A stretch of 64,000 nt of DNA, from IMG/VR virus record IMGVR_UViG_3300031998_000009, positions 64,001 to 128,000 of that record. One strand, written 5' to 3'. This DNA comes from a virus (lineage: Duplodnaviria > Caudoviricetes). The notes beneath the pieces were generated by a model. That model made no database searches. It had not been told where the DNA came from and saw nothing but the letters and a program-made list of their open reading frames with translations. Shown piece after piece: positions 28,706-38,050 of this stretch; position 1 is the stretch's first letter, and the number at the start of each line of letters is the position of its first letter. The position numbers were made by a program, and so were the translations under genes.

Positions 28706-28885
28706 TTATTTCTTTAGTTTATCTACTAGTTCGTGATAGTAAATGTATAGTTCATCTGTAGGCTCTAGATGTTTTTCGGAAACCTGTTTACACAATTCTG
28801 CTAATTCTTCTATATCTAATCCATTTATAGAGTCATTAATTATTTTATCTACTTCTTGTTCTGTTCTCTTTTTAAGACTTTTCAT
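28706..28885 (-). CDS. hypothetical protein
   Basis: start MKSL follows promoter. Confidence 0.5.
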   Translation of the reverse strand: MKSLKKRTEQEVDKIINDSINGLDIEELAELCKQVSEKHLEPTDELYIYYHELVDKLKK

Positions 28886-28906
28886 CCTATGCACCCCCAC
28901 ATTTAC

Positions 28907-28935
28907 AGTATAACATATAACAGAACAAAAGTCAA
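28907..28935 (-). promoter_or_regulatory. sigmaA-type promoter
   Basis: TTGACT-17-TATACT. Confidence 0.85.
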
Positions 28936-28948
28936 GTAAAAGAAACAA

Positions 28949-28978
28949 AAAAGTTGTTCAAATAAATGAACAACTTTT
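28949..28978 (-). terminator. intrinsic terminator
   Basis: AAAAGTTGTTCA/TGAACAACTTTT. Confidence 0.75.
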
Positions 28979-28984
28979 AGTGAA

Positions 28985-29425
28985 TCAACTATAGAAATGG
29001 ATAGTGCAATTTGTAGGAAAACTATATGGACCGTATACACAATCACTTGCAATAGTTACTTCTGTCAATTTCGTATTATAAAAAGCGTAAGGTCCTATAT
29101 ATTTAACTGTTTCTGGAATTGTTATTGACTCCAAATTTATGGCATTACAAAATGCTCCTTGATTATCTATTGTTCCTACAAATGGATAACCGTAATTTTT
29201 ATCCGGTTTTATATCCCAAAAGAATTTAACATCTGTCATATCAGGTTCAGGTGTATTTCCACCTGATACAACATAAGGATATCCTAAATTAAGATTTGCA
29301 TTTATATCCCAGCTAAATTTAACATTGCTCATATCCGGAGCTACTGGAGCTCCACTATTTGTAACATATGGATACCCTATATTCAAATCATCATTTTGTG
29401 ACCAAGCATCATAAATCCAACTCAT
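28985..29425 (-). CDS. protein with three W..N.GYP repeats and short BspA-type LRR
   Basis: LNIGYPYV/LNLGYPYV/KNYGYPFV; LESITIPETVKYIG..AF. Confidence 0.7.
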   Translation of the reverse strand: MSWIYDAWSQNDDLNIGYPYVTNSGAPVAPDMSNVKFSWDINANLNLGYPYVVSGGNTPEPDMTDVKFFWDIKPDKNYGYPFVGTIDNQGAFCNAINLESITIPETVKYIGPYAFYNTKLTEVTIASDCVYGPYSFPTNCTIHFYS

Positions 29426-29439
29426 AACGGATCACCTCT

Positions 29440-30477
29440 TTATGGAAGGAATCCTATACTAATTAGATAATTCTTATCTTTTATATTTGTAATACTTATT
29501 TTTTTCGTACTATACGATGTATTTATATTTTGATTAACTGTAGATGCCACTACATTAATAGTGTCTGCTGTTTCCGCATTTAAACAGCGTACATCTGACC
29601 AACCACTCTCAACTGTACAGTTATCAAATACCATGGAACAACCGGAGATGTCACTAGCATATGTTGTGTTACCGGAATCATTACTGATTACATAAGGTGT
29701 GTGAGATGTATCGACCCAGTTTATTGAGGCATTTTTTATAACCAAGGAAGTACTGCTTCCTGCAAACTGACCGAAGACATTTCTACCGTATAAGTCATAT
29801 ATACCCCGTAATATAGCATAATAATGGGCACTATATGCTTGAGCGTGTGCATACTGAAGTTTTATACCATCTAGCACAATATTACAATTAACAAATGGCA
29901 TATAACACGAAGCAGCTCCTGGAGTAGTACTGTATTGCTGACTGGAACATAAATAAATAGGTTGAGTATGGTTCATCTTTATATAAAGGGAACAATTATT
30001 CCATTTTCCGTTACCACCGGATTGAGCACTATAAATTAAACTTCCCTCACTAGCACCAGAAACAACTAATAATGAAAACTTACAGTTATTAAAAACCACT
30101 TTATTAGTATAAGAACTTGCTGAATAATAGCATGCTATAGTAGCAAATTGACTTCCGCTTACTTTATGACAACAATTCTTAAAATATAAATTTTCAATGG
30201 TTTGACTGTTTGATTCTATTCGTAAGAAAAATGCAGCCTCTACTGTAAGACCCTTTATCTCGGTCAATGTATCAGCATATAACTTCAAACCATCCAGACG
30301 TATTGGATACGTTATTTTGCCTGTATACCAACTCTCTTGAGCAAAGTCTATATCTTGTGTTACTTTTATATAAGCACCTGGATGTGTGGAACCGTCTCCA
30401 CCACATAATTGTAATAAATCATAGCCATTATCTACTAAGTATGGATCTGCTTGAGTTCCACTACCTGAATATGCCAT
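29440..30477 (-). CDS. putative beta-helical virion/adhesin protein
   Basis: GSGTQADPYLV N-terminus; repeated NC.. beta-helix-like motifs. Confidence 0.55.
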   Translation of the reverse strand: MAYSGSGTQADPYLVDNGYDLLQLCGGDGSTHPGAYIKVTQDIDFAQESWYTGKITYPIRLDGLKLYADTLTEIKGLTVEAAFFLRIESNSQTIENLYFKNCCHKVSGSQFATIACYYSASSYTNKVVFNNCKFSLLVVSGASEGSLIYSAQSGGNGKWNNCSLYIKMNHTQPIYLCSSQQYSTTPGAASCYMPFVNCNIVLDGIKLQYAHAQAYSAHYYAILRGIYDLYGRNVFGQFAGSSTSLVIKNASINWVDTSHTPYVISNDSGNTTYASDISGCSMVFDNCTVESGWSDVRCLNAETADTINVVASTVNQNINTSYSTKKISITNIKDKNYLISIGFLP

Positions 30478-30498
30478 ATTAAATCACATCCTTAAAAA

Positions 30499-30711
30499 TT
30501 ACATATCATAATATTCTACAACTTCTTTTGCTTGATATCCACATTGTGGACAATGACATCTATACGAGACCAAAAACTTTCTAAAATATTCGGTTTTGTT
30601 CGCTTCAAATTCACAACCACATTGATAACAAAAGAACTTTTTAGGTCTATTTAATTTTTGATCGATAACAATATCCATTCTTTCAGAAGAACCTTCTTTA
30701 ATTACCTTCAT
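30499..30711 (-). CDS. Zn-ribbon protein (MKV..G family)
   Basis: FFCYQCGCEFEA..CPQC. Confidence 0.6.
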   Translation of the reverse strand: MKVIKEGSSERMDIVIDQKLNRPKKFFCYQCGCEFEANKTEYFRKFLVSYRCHCPQCGYQAKEVVEYYDM

Positions 30712-31169
30712 AAAGATTCCTCCAATAAATCCATTGACTGATTAGCAAGTTTATCACACTTTTCATTAAATTCGTGGCCGTTATGTCCTTTTACCCATTG
30801 GAATGTAACATTGTGTCCTTCTAAAAGTCTAAGAAGCTCTTTCCAAAGTTCAACATTTTTCACGGCAGATTTATCAGACTTCTTCCATCCATTTCTAATC
30901 CAGCCATCAATCCAATGTTTATTTATAGAATCTACTACATAGGAAGAATCTGTTACAACGGTTACATAGCATTTCTCTTTAAGAAGTTTGAACCCTTCGA
31001 TGACTGCTGTTAATTCCATTTTGTTATTCGTAGTAAATTTATCGTTACCACAGATTTCTTTTGTGTGTAATTGTCCTTTAGAGTCTGTATAGGATAAGAT
31101 AGTTCCCCATCCACCTATCCCAGGATTTCCTCTACAACCACCATCCGCATAAAGATAAACTCTTTTCAT
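30708..31169 (-). CDS. rnhA: ribonuclease HI
   Basis: DGGCRGNPG, TNNKMEL, TDSSY, WVKGH, NEKCD. Confidence 0.95.
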   Translation of the reverse strand: MKRVYLYADGGCRGNPGIGGWGTILSYTDSKGQLHTKEICGNDKFTTNNKMELTAVIEGFKLLKEKCYVTVVTDSSYVVDSINKHWIDGWIRNGWKKSDKSAVKNVELWKELLRLLEGHNVTFQWVKGHNGHEFNEKCDKLANQSMDLLEESL

Positions 31170-31369
31170 TTTTTATTCTCCGTTTCAGGAATAGGTTTTG
31201 GAACATAACAAAAATAAGGTACGAATTTACCATTATCGTGCTTGTCACATATAGGAAAATCGGATCCATTATGATTATAGAATTTACATTTTTTGCAACA
31301 ATAAGGAATTTCAGTCGGATCAGAATAACCATGCATAATAGGTTTTAGTGGCATTATAGTCAACCTCAC
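31166..31369 (-). CDS. small Cys-rich protein
   Basis: coupled to rnhA by ATGA overlap. Confidence 0.5.
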   Translation of the reverse strand: MRLTIMPLKPIMHGYSDPTEIPYCCKKCKFYNHNGSDFPICDKHDNGKFVPYFCYVPKPIPETENKK

Positions 31370-31770
31370 TTTTCGTATATTCTTATGTACTGTTCATGGG
31401 TTGTAAATCCAAGAACCGGTAACCTATAATATTCCAATAACTGTATAGATTTCTTCTCCCAGCTATCCTCGTGACTAAAATATGGAAACTGGATATTTGC
31501 TAAAACAACTGTTTTTTCTACATCAAACTCACTTATTCTATCAGTTAATGGATATTCCTTATATATAGCATCTAGTTCTGATCTTACAGTATGAAACGGA
31601 TTAGAGAACATTAGTTTAACTTCTTTCTGAAATTCTATTTGAAGTCTAAATGCTATTTCGTCTAATATTTCAAATTTTGTTCCTAGATCTAAACAAGGTG
31701 GACACAATAAACAAACTTGGTTTAACCATCCATTATCTAACAAACTGTTAAAATAACTTAAATAGTCCAT
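31366..31770 (-). CDS. hypothetical protein
   Basis: start MDYL follows AGGAG. Confidence 0.55.
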   Translation of the reverse strand: MDYLSYFNSLLDNGWLNQVCLLCPPCLDLGTKFEILDEIAFRLQIEFQKEVKLMFSNPFHTVRSELDAIYKEYPLTDRISEFDVEKTVVLANIQFPYFSHEDSWEKKSIQLLEYYRLPVLGFTTHEQYIRIYEK

Positions 31771-31796
31771 TTTGTATACTCCTATTTTATGTTTAT

Positions 31797-31825
31797 AGTA
31801 TAACACATAATTTTCAAAAAGTCAA
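31797..31825 (-). promoter_or_regulatory. sigmaA-type promoter
   Basis: TTGACT-17-TATACT. Confidence 0.85.
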
Positions 31826-32066
31826 TAGTTTTATAAAAAATTAAAATAATTAAATAGTTACCAATAGTTCATAAACATCCTCAATTATCATAATCCTAAA
31901 AATAAAGAATTTATAAATATATTGTAGACACATAAGAATAAACAAAACAATTTCTAGCAAATTATTCTTTATTTGTTAGAAATTGTTTTGTTTTTATATT
32001 ACTTCATTTATCTTAGGTAACTTTAAATTTACTTTAACTAAATAAAACTGTACATCTGAATATTAT

Positions 32067-32444
32067 TCAAAATTCAATTAATGGGATTTCTTCCCACCAA
32101 TCAGGAACAAAGTACCATCTAATTACAGAATGTAAAGCTTCTTGTTTTTCAAGTATCTTATTATTTAACTCCATAAAGTCTGGAGTCAAAATAGCAACCG
32201 CTCCAGAACTGCTTGTATCTGCTAGATGTTGATATGCTTGTACTTTTGAAGTGATTTTATCTTTTTCAGGTTCGAATTTTAGAACTTTTGTAAAAAACCA
32301 ACCTACAGATAGAAACATAGTAAAAACTAAAGAGAAAGCGGTTAGAATAGTTAGTAACCCATTAAAAATATAATGTGAAACTTTTATTTTTATGGTTAGT
32401 AGGACAAGAACTGTTGTTATAATTAAACATATAATTAAAAACAT
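32067..32444 (-). CDS. membrane protein
   Basis: two N-terminal TM segments. Confidence 0.6.
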   Translation of the reverse strand: MFLIICLIITTVLVLLTIKIKVSHYIFNGLLTILTAFSLVFTMFLSVGWFFTKVLKFEPEKDKITSKVQAYQHLADTSSSGAVAILTPDFMELNNKILEKQEALHSVIRWYFVPDWWEEIPLIEF

Positions 32445-32505
32445 TTTTTAATCTCCTATAATGTAAAATATTAAAACAAAAACCCAATATAATTTCTTTT
32501 CCATT

Positions 32506-32823
32506 TCAATTTACCTCCATGGTGGCACCACAATTTTGACAATAATTGGTATAGACTAATTTCTTTTTTGAAAAGGCACATCTACATTCGCTGCATAAAA
32601 GGGCACCATTTGGAATTCTAGATTCAACTGTGAATGTATGTTCATCGATAATAAGGTCGTCTGTTGTTATCCACTTACCTTTTCTTCTTGTATGCAATTC
32701 GGGTAGACTTCTTACAATGCGTTTAATATCTTCTGGTGTGAATAGTATATCTTCATCCTGTCTCTGTAGCACAGCTATATGATTCAAAAGAACTGTGGCA
32801 TCTATTGGTTTTATCTCATTCAT
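32506..32823 (-). CDS. Zn-ribbon protein (IDA..GKWI..CSEC..CQNCGA family)
   Basis: paralog of 12083-12463. Confidence 0.6.
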   Translation of the reverse strand: MNEIKPIDATVLLNHIAVLQRQDEDILFTPEDIKRIVRSLPELHTRRKGKWITTDDLIIDEHTFTVESRIPNGALLCSECRCAFSKKKLVYTNYCQNCGATMEVN

Positions 32824-32938
32824 CTTTTTTGGTCCTCCTTTAAACTATCGTACTTCAAATTTGTGTCTCTTTCATATTGTGGGTATGGATGGTTCAGAAA
32901 ACATTATTGTGGATTCTCCCTTCGTGTTTACTATTTAT

Positions 32939-32967
32939 AGTATAACATATAATTGATAAAAAGTCAA
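32939..32967 (-). promoter_or_regulatory. sigmaA-type promoter
   Basis: TTGACT-17-TATACT. Confidence 0.85.
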
Positions 32968-33023
32968 GTGATTTTTTCGAAAAAATAGCAGGACAGATAA
33001 ACAATTCTTGTCATGCTATAAGA

Positions 33024-33326
33024 TTATTTAATTATAAACTCATTAGCTTCCTTAATACAACCATTTATATCTTTATGTAATCCTGTTTTATAAATAGTTC
33101 CTCCGGCTGTTTTTAATTCAAGAAACCATAAGTTATCATTAGTGATAACCCATCTTGTAGACCTATAAGAATTATTTAAATTAAACCAGATGATATCATT
33201 TATCCAAGAATTAAAGGTTACTTCTCTATCACCGTTTGGTAGTTCCTTATATGCCATAGCATTTGCTAGGGCAGACTTTCCAATGTTTTCCTTTACTCTA
33301 CTTTTCATAATTACTCCTTTACTCAA
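33024..33326 (-). CDS. hypothetical protein
   Basis: co-oriented ORF. Confidence 0.55.
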   Translation of the reverse strand: MSKGVIMKSRVKENIGKSALANAMAYKELPNGDREVTFNSWINDIIWFNLNNSYRSTRWVITNDNLWFLELKTAGGTIYKTGLHKDINGCIKEANEFIIK

Positions 33327-35478
33327 CTAAAATATTAGATTCACTTTTACTTACTTTATCAAGTATAATTGGGTCTAGTAATTGTTTTATCTTTTTACGA
33401 ATAAATCTAACTCCATCCTGTTTACTATAACATGATTTAAACAATTCCGATTTCTTATTGTCTGATACCACTACCGTTATCTGTTTATTATTATAATGGT
33501 TTAGATACAAGTTCATTTCCTTTTCAAATATCTTTATTGCGGTATTTTCATCAATAGTATTAAAATATATAATATTATCGAGTCTATTTAAGAATTCTGG
33601 AGTAAAATAGTTTTTTATTTCTTTCTGTATTATGTCCATTCCGTTTGTGTTTTCAAATCCTATACTATTCTTATTCAAATAATCTTTACAACCTATATTG
33701 GAAGTCATTATTATAAGTGTATTTCTAAAATCAACCGTTTCACCTGTAGAGTCTGTTAGTCTACCATCATCCATTACTTGTAATAAAATATTTAATACAT
33801 CTCTATGCGCTTTTTCTATCTCATCTAATAATATAATACAAAATGGATTATTTTTAACTTTGTCGGTGATACATCCACCTTGCGAATATCCTATATAACC
33901 AGGTGGAGAACCTATTAATTTAGAAACTGAATGTGGTTCCATAAATTCAGACATATCGTATCTTAAAAAACTTTCAGGAGTAAAGAAATTTTTTGCCAGC
34001 TGTTTACAAAGTTCTGTTTTACCCGTTCCTGTAGGTCCTACTAATAACAAATTTGCAATAGGACGAGTGGTTTCGTTTATTCCAAATAAATACCTTTTAA
34101 TAGGAAGTAAAGCATTTTTAACAGCCTCATCTTGTCCTATTATATTCTTTTTTATTTCTTCTTCTATTTCATTTATTTGAAATTTTCTATTTCCATTTAT
34201 AGTCACACCTATATAACTACTTATCCCCATATCTATTGTCTCTTTTGTTAATTTAGGTAATTTATTTTTTCTACATATGACACAAGATGTATCCATAATA
34301 TCAAAAGCCTTATCTGGAAAATATTTATTTCGTATAAATGTATCACAACTTTCTACAAGGTATGTACACATTTCGTCTGGTATTTCTATATTATGGAACT
34401 TTTCATAATCAGTTCTCTTATACTCTAACATACTAATGGTATCTTTTACAGATAGTTCGTTTACATGAATTCTTGTAAATCTTCTTTCGAATGCCTTATC
34501 AGATTCTATTTGTTTATACTCTGATTCTGTTGTACATCCTATTATTTTAGAACCTTTGGATAAGTATGTTTTGAAACTTTCTGCGATAGAAGAACTTCCG
34601 GAATTACCTGTTTTATTAAACATATTGTGTATCTCATCTATGAACACGATAACCTTATCGTATTCTTGTAAGGAAGCAATGACTGTTTCTATTCTGGCTT
34701 CGAGATCTCCTCTATAAGTGGTTCCACTTATCATAGAATTTATATTCAGTTCATATACATAATAACCTTTTAACATATCTGGACAACTTGTTGATTGTAT
34801 AAGATTACAGAAACCGTATACAACACTTGTTTTTCCTACACCTGGATTACCTACAAGAATAACATTGTTTTTTCTCATTCTACATAAAACATCTACGCAT
34901 TGTTGTATTTCTTTTTCTCGTCCAAAGCAGTCATAATGCTCTCTTACAACAAGAGGGTCAGTTAGATACTCGCCGAACTCTAATAAATCTCCAGACATAT
35001 TAGTATTTACACATTGATCAAGTATATTACAAAGCTCTGTCTGAACTTTTTCTTTCTCTTTTTGTTTTACATAGATTAGTTCGTCAAATAACTTTGAACT
35101 TTTTAATCTGGAGTCATATATCATTATATAAGATATATAGGCGGTTATTATATTTTGGTCTAGTTTATTTCCGTATTGAGATTTGAAGAATATATAATTT
35201 TTTATAAGAATTTCACATTCCTCAGATAATTCAAGTTCACTAAATTCGTGTAACTTCTTTTCTTTTTCTTTAGGTACTTTTAACTTATTCTCTACTATTC
35301 TATCGGCACATTCTTTAAGGTTCTCTATAACGCATTTTTTAAGTAGACCTTGTTGAATGAATAGACACGCTAATAGTTCAGTATCGATATTTCCATATTT
35401 ATGTGGAACTAGCATTTTTAATGTGAGTTGGGAGTGTTTAGGTAGTAACTCAAAAAATTCCAAATACTGTGTTTCCAT
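33319..35478 (-). CDS. ClpA/ClpC-family AAA+ ATPase
   Basis: two Walker A motifs (GNPGVGKT, GPTGTGKT), DMSEF, GSPPGYIGY, IGF loop. Confidence 0.92.
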   Translation of the reverse strand: METQYLEFFELLPKHSQLTLKMLVPHKYGNIDTELLACLFIQQGLLKKCVIENLKECADRIVENKLKVPKEKEKKLHEFSELELSEECEILIKNYIFFKSQYGNKLDQNIITAYISYIMIYDSRLKSSKLFDELIYVKQKEKEKVQTELCNILDQCVNTNMSGDLLEFGEYLTDPLVVREHYDCFGREKEIQQCVDVLCRMRKNNVILVGNPGVGKTSVVYGFCNLIQSTSCPDMLKGYYVYELNINSMISGTTYRGDLEARIETVIASLQEYDKVIVFIDEIHNMFNKTGNSGSSSIAESFKTYLSKGSKIIGCTTESEYKQIESDKAFERRFTRIHVNELSVKDTISMLEYKRTDYEKFHNIEIPDEMCTYLVESCDTFIRNKYFPDKAFDIMDTSCVICRKNKLPKLTKETIDMGISSYIGVTINGNRKFQINEIEEEIKKNIIGQDEAVKNALLPIKRYLFGINETTRPIANLLLVGPTGTGKTELCKQLAKNFFTPESFLRYDMSEFMEPHSVSKLIGSPPGYIGYSQGGCITDKVKNNPFCIILLDEIEKAHRDVLNILLQVMDDGRLTDSTGETVDFRNTLIIMTSNIGCKDYLNKNSIGFENTNGMDIIQKEIKNYFTPEFLNRLDNIIYFNTIDENTAIKIFEKEMNLYLNHYNNKQITVVVSDNKKSELFKSCYSKQDGVRFIRKKIKQLLDPIILDKVSKSESNILVE

Positions 35479-35515
35479 TGTTATCACTTCCTTGCATTCT
35501 AACTCCTCCAATTTT

Positions 35516-35544
35516 AGTGTAACATAAAAACACATAAAAGTCAA
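35516..35544 (-). promoter_or_regulatory. sigmaA-type promoter
   Basis: TTGACT-17-TACACT, extended -10. Confidence 0.75.
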
Positions 35545-35599
35545 GTAGGTAAAAATAAAAGCTGCTCACATATTAGAGTAGCTTTTATTCTATATATAA

Positions 35600-36553
35600 T
35601 TAAGCTGCATAGAAGTGATTTACCCAACCATCACCCCAAAAAGAATTTAATGTAGTACTGTATGAACTCCTATGATTAAAATAATATAATACGGCATCTT
35701 TGCAACTCTGTGAAGTTCTTCTCCAGTAATAAGAGTCTGGTACCCAACAAAACTGATTTCTCTGAAGGATTACCGAACGAATCGAGTTAGGAAAACGTGA
35801 ATCTCTAACTCTGTTCATAACAGTCATAACGACTTTACCTTTTTCATGTAACGAAACCCAATCAGCGCCATACTCATGTGCTACTAGATTTGCTAGCATA
35901 TAAAATTCTGCTTGAGTACAAGGTAGGTTAGACATCGTGTACACACCTGAACTAGAAGATGTTGTCTGTGTAACAGGAGGTTTGTATTCTTTGACTAGTT
36001 TTACATCCGGTTTACATTTAGAACAAATACGTCCTTCAATTTCATTAATGTCATAATCAAACACACAGGTATCATCAAACCATTTACAGGAAGTCATATG
36101 AAAATAATGTGTAGATGGCTTATATACTATCTTTGCTTCTGTTGTCGTTGTGGTAGTTGTTACAACTTCTGTTTTATAATTGGTTGTAAGAGCTACTTTT
36201 TTATTAGGAGTAGGTGCTACGGAAACCTTTGTCGTGGTGGTTGTTTCCTCCACAGTACTTGTTGTGGTAGTTTCTGTGGTAGTAGTTTCCGATTCCGTAG
36301 TTGTCTCTAATTCTTCTGTCTGTGTAGTAGTTGTTTCTGTTGTGGCTTCATCAGTAGTATCTTCTTCCTTTGTGATATATTCTAGTTTATCACCTGAAAA
36401 AGCGGTGTCTTCTGTATCCAACTCTTCCAAAGAACTTTCAGATACAACACTAGATTCATCGTTATTGGATGTAGGAAGTAAAATAACACCTAATGCCAGG
36501 ATGGAAACAAACAGTACACAAATAACACTTGCAATAATTTTGGTCTTTTTCAT
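35600..36553 (-). CDS. membrane-anchored SleB/Hydrolase_2-like cell-wall hydrolase with Thr-rich linker
   Basis: N-terminal TM; LANLVAHE..VMNRV.DSRFPNSI..VI.Q..QF. Confidence 0.82.
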   Translation of the reverse strand: MKKTKIIASVICVLFVSILALGVILLPTSNNDESSVVSESSLEELDTEDTAFSGDKLEYITKEEDTTDEATTETTTTQTEELETTTESETTTTETTTTSTVEETTTTTKVSVAPTPNKKVALTTNYKTEVVTTTTTTTEAKIVYKPSTHYFHMTSCKWFDDTCVFDYDINEIEGRICSKCKPDVKLVKEYKPPVTQTTSSSSGVYTMSNLPCTQAEFYMLANLVAHEYGADWVSLHEKGKVVMTVMNRVRDSRFPNSIRSVILQRNQFCWVPDSYYWRRTSQSCKDAVLYYFNHRSSYSTTLNSFWGDGWVNHFYAA

Positions 36554-36587
36554 TTTAATAACTCACCTTTCAATTTAATTATTCATT

Positions 36588-36833
36588 AGCTTGCAAAGTG
36601 AGTTGACACCTAAAAATAAATTTGATTGAAAGTTCTCCTTACCTTCCAACATCAAATCTTTACAATCCCGTAGAGATTGCTTTCCTCCTTTAAGGATCTT
36701 CCTTAAACTAGGTTGTCAACTCTTTGGGAACATGATCAAAATTCTAGTTGTTATTCTAGGATAAATTCAATTTTCTCTGACAAAATAGAAATTTAGATTT
36801 TGATATGTTCCGGATTCAGAACAATCAAAAGCA
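36588..36833 (-). ncRNA. candidate ~245-nt multi-stem 5' leader RNA of the hydrolase gene
   Basis: nested long-range helices and hairpins between promoter and RBS; ends resemble ydaO/c-di-AMP motifs. Confidence 0.6.
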
Positions 36834-36862
36834 TCACACCCTTCCAAAATTATACTTTTTAT

Positions 36863-36891
36863 AGTATAACACATTGTAAAACAAAAGTCAA
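36863..36891 (-). promoter_or_regulatory. sigmaA-type promoter
   Basis: TTGACT-17-TATACT. Confidence 0.85.
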
Positions 36892-36940
36892 GTGGAAAAA
36901 CGTAAAAATTCTTCCACTTGATTTCTAAAAATGTGTGTAC

Positions 36941-37657
36941 TTAATATAAATTATCCGCCCATTGACTAATTTTTCCTCTATAATTTTTAGTTAATTTACA
37001 TACAGCAAAATTTGGGTCGTTAGTATCGTTGCAATATTTTATATATCGTTCAAATCCACAGGAAGTATCTTGTGTATCTTTTTGAAGTTGATGTCCTACT
37101 ACAATTATTTTGCAGTTATCGTTAGCTCTTGTTAATGTCTTTTTAAGATCATCAAAGCTATAATTCTGACTCTCATCTAGTATAACAACAGAATCCTCAA
37201 AGTTAGTTCCTCTTAAATAGGTGTGAGTTAAACATTTTACATAACCGCTACATTCCATCTTATCTGTTTTAGCTGTTAGCGATTCGTTGTATATAACTTT
37301 ATCTGGAAACAGATTGCACTTAATAATCGCTTGATATATTGGTTCAAAATATACCTCAGATTTCTCTGTGATGTCTCCTGGAAGAAATCCTTGTTTACTT
37401 TCACCATACGGACTTACAACATAAATGATGTTTTTATACAATCCATATTCATATAAGAGGTTTGCTGTTGCAAATGAAATAAGTGTTTTACCTGTTCCAG
37501 CTTTGGCATCACAGAATATTAAACACTTGTTCTTATCCCAAATACAATCTCTAAAATAGGTCTGGTTCTCATCTAATTGAAAACCATAGAAAGGATGTTC
37601 AGAAAGTGTTTCCGGAACATCATTAAGGTTTACAGGTTGTTTTCTAGGTCTGCCCAT
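36941..37657 (-). CDS. phoH: PhoH-family ATPase
   Basis: AGTGKT, GFLPG, YLRGTNF, DESQN. Confidence 0.88.
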   Translation of the reverse strand: MGRPRKQPVNLNDVPETLSEHPFYGFQLDENQTYFRDCIWDKNKCLIFCDAKAGTGKTLISFATANLLYEYGLYKNIIYVVSPYGESKQGFLPGDITEKSEVYFEPIYQAIIKCNLFPDKVIYNESLTAKTDKMECSGYVKCLTHTYLRGTNFEDSVVILDESQNYSFDDLKKTLTRANDNCKIIVVGHQLQKDTQDTSCGFERYIKYCNDTNDPNFAVCKLTKNYRGKISQWADNLY

Positions 37658-37672
37658 GTAAACAACTCCTCT

Positions 37673-38050
37673 TCAAAATAATTTCTTCTTGTTAGTAATG
37701 TATCGAGTTATTACTTTTTGTTCATTACTGGATTTAGGTTTCTTTGTTAATGGGTTTCCACTAACGGTCGTTGTTTCTACAATTCTTACATTATGACCAT
37801 TCAAATTATCAAACCTACTACTTTGTGTAATAATAGGTTGATTTAATTTCATAACATGAAAATCAAAATCAACATAACTATCGGAACTGTTTATACATTC
37901 ACCCAACTTAAACCCATCCACATAATGCAAATAAAAAGTGTTTTCTCTATGTATTAATACATATCTTAAATGACTATCTACAACATATAAACAGGTTAGA
38001 TCATATCCTTTTGGAATTCTGGAAACAACATCAGCTAATAGGAAGTCCAT
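37673..38050 (-). CDS. hypothetical protein
   Basis: coupled ORF. Confidence 0.55.
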   Translation of the reverse strand: MDFLLADVVSRIPKGYDLTCLYVVDSHLRYVLIHRENTFYLHYVDGFKLGECINSSDSYVDFDFHVMKLNQPIITQSSRFDNLNGHNVRIVETTTVSGNPLTKKPKSSNEQKVITRYITNKKKLF

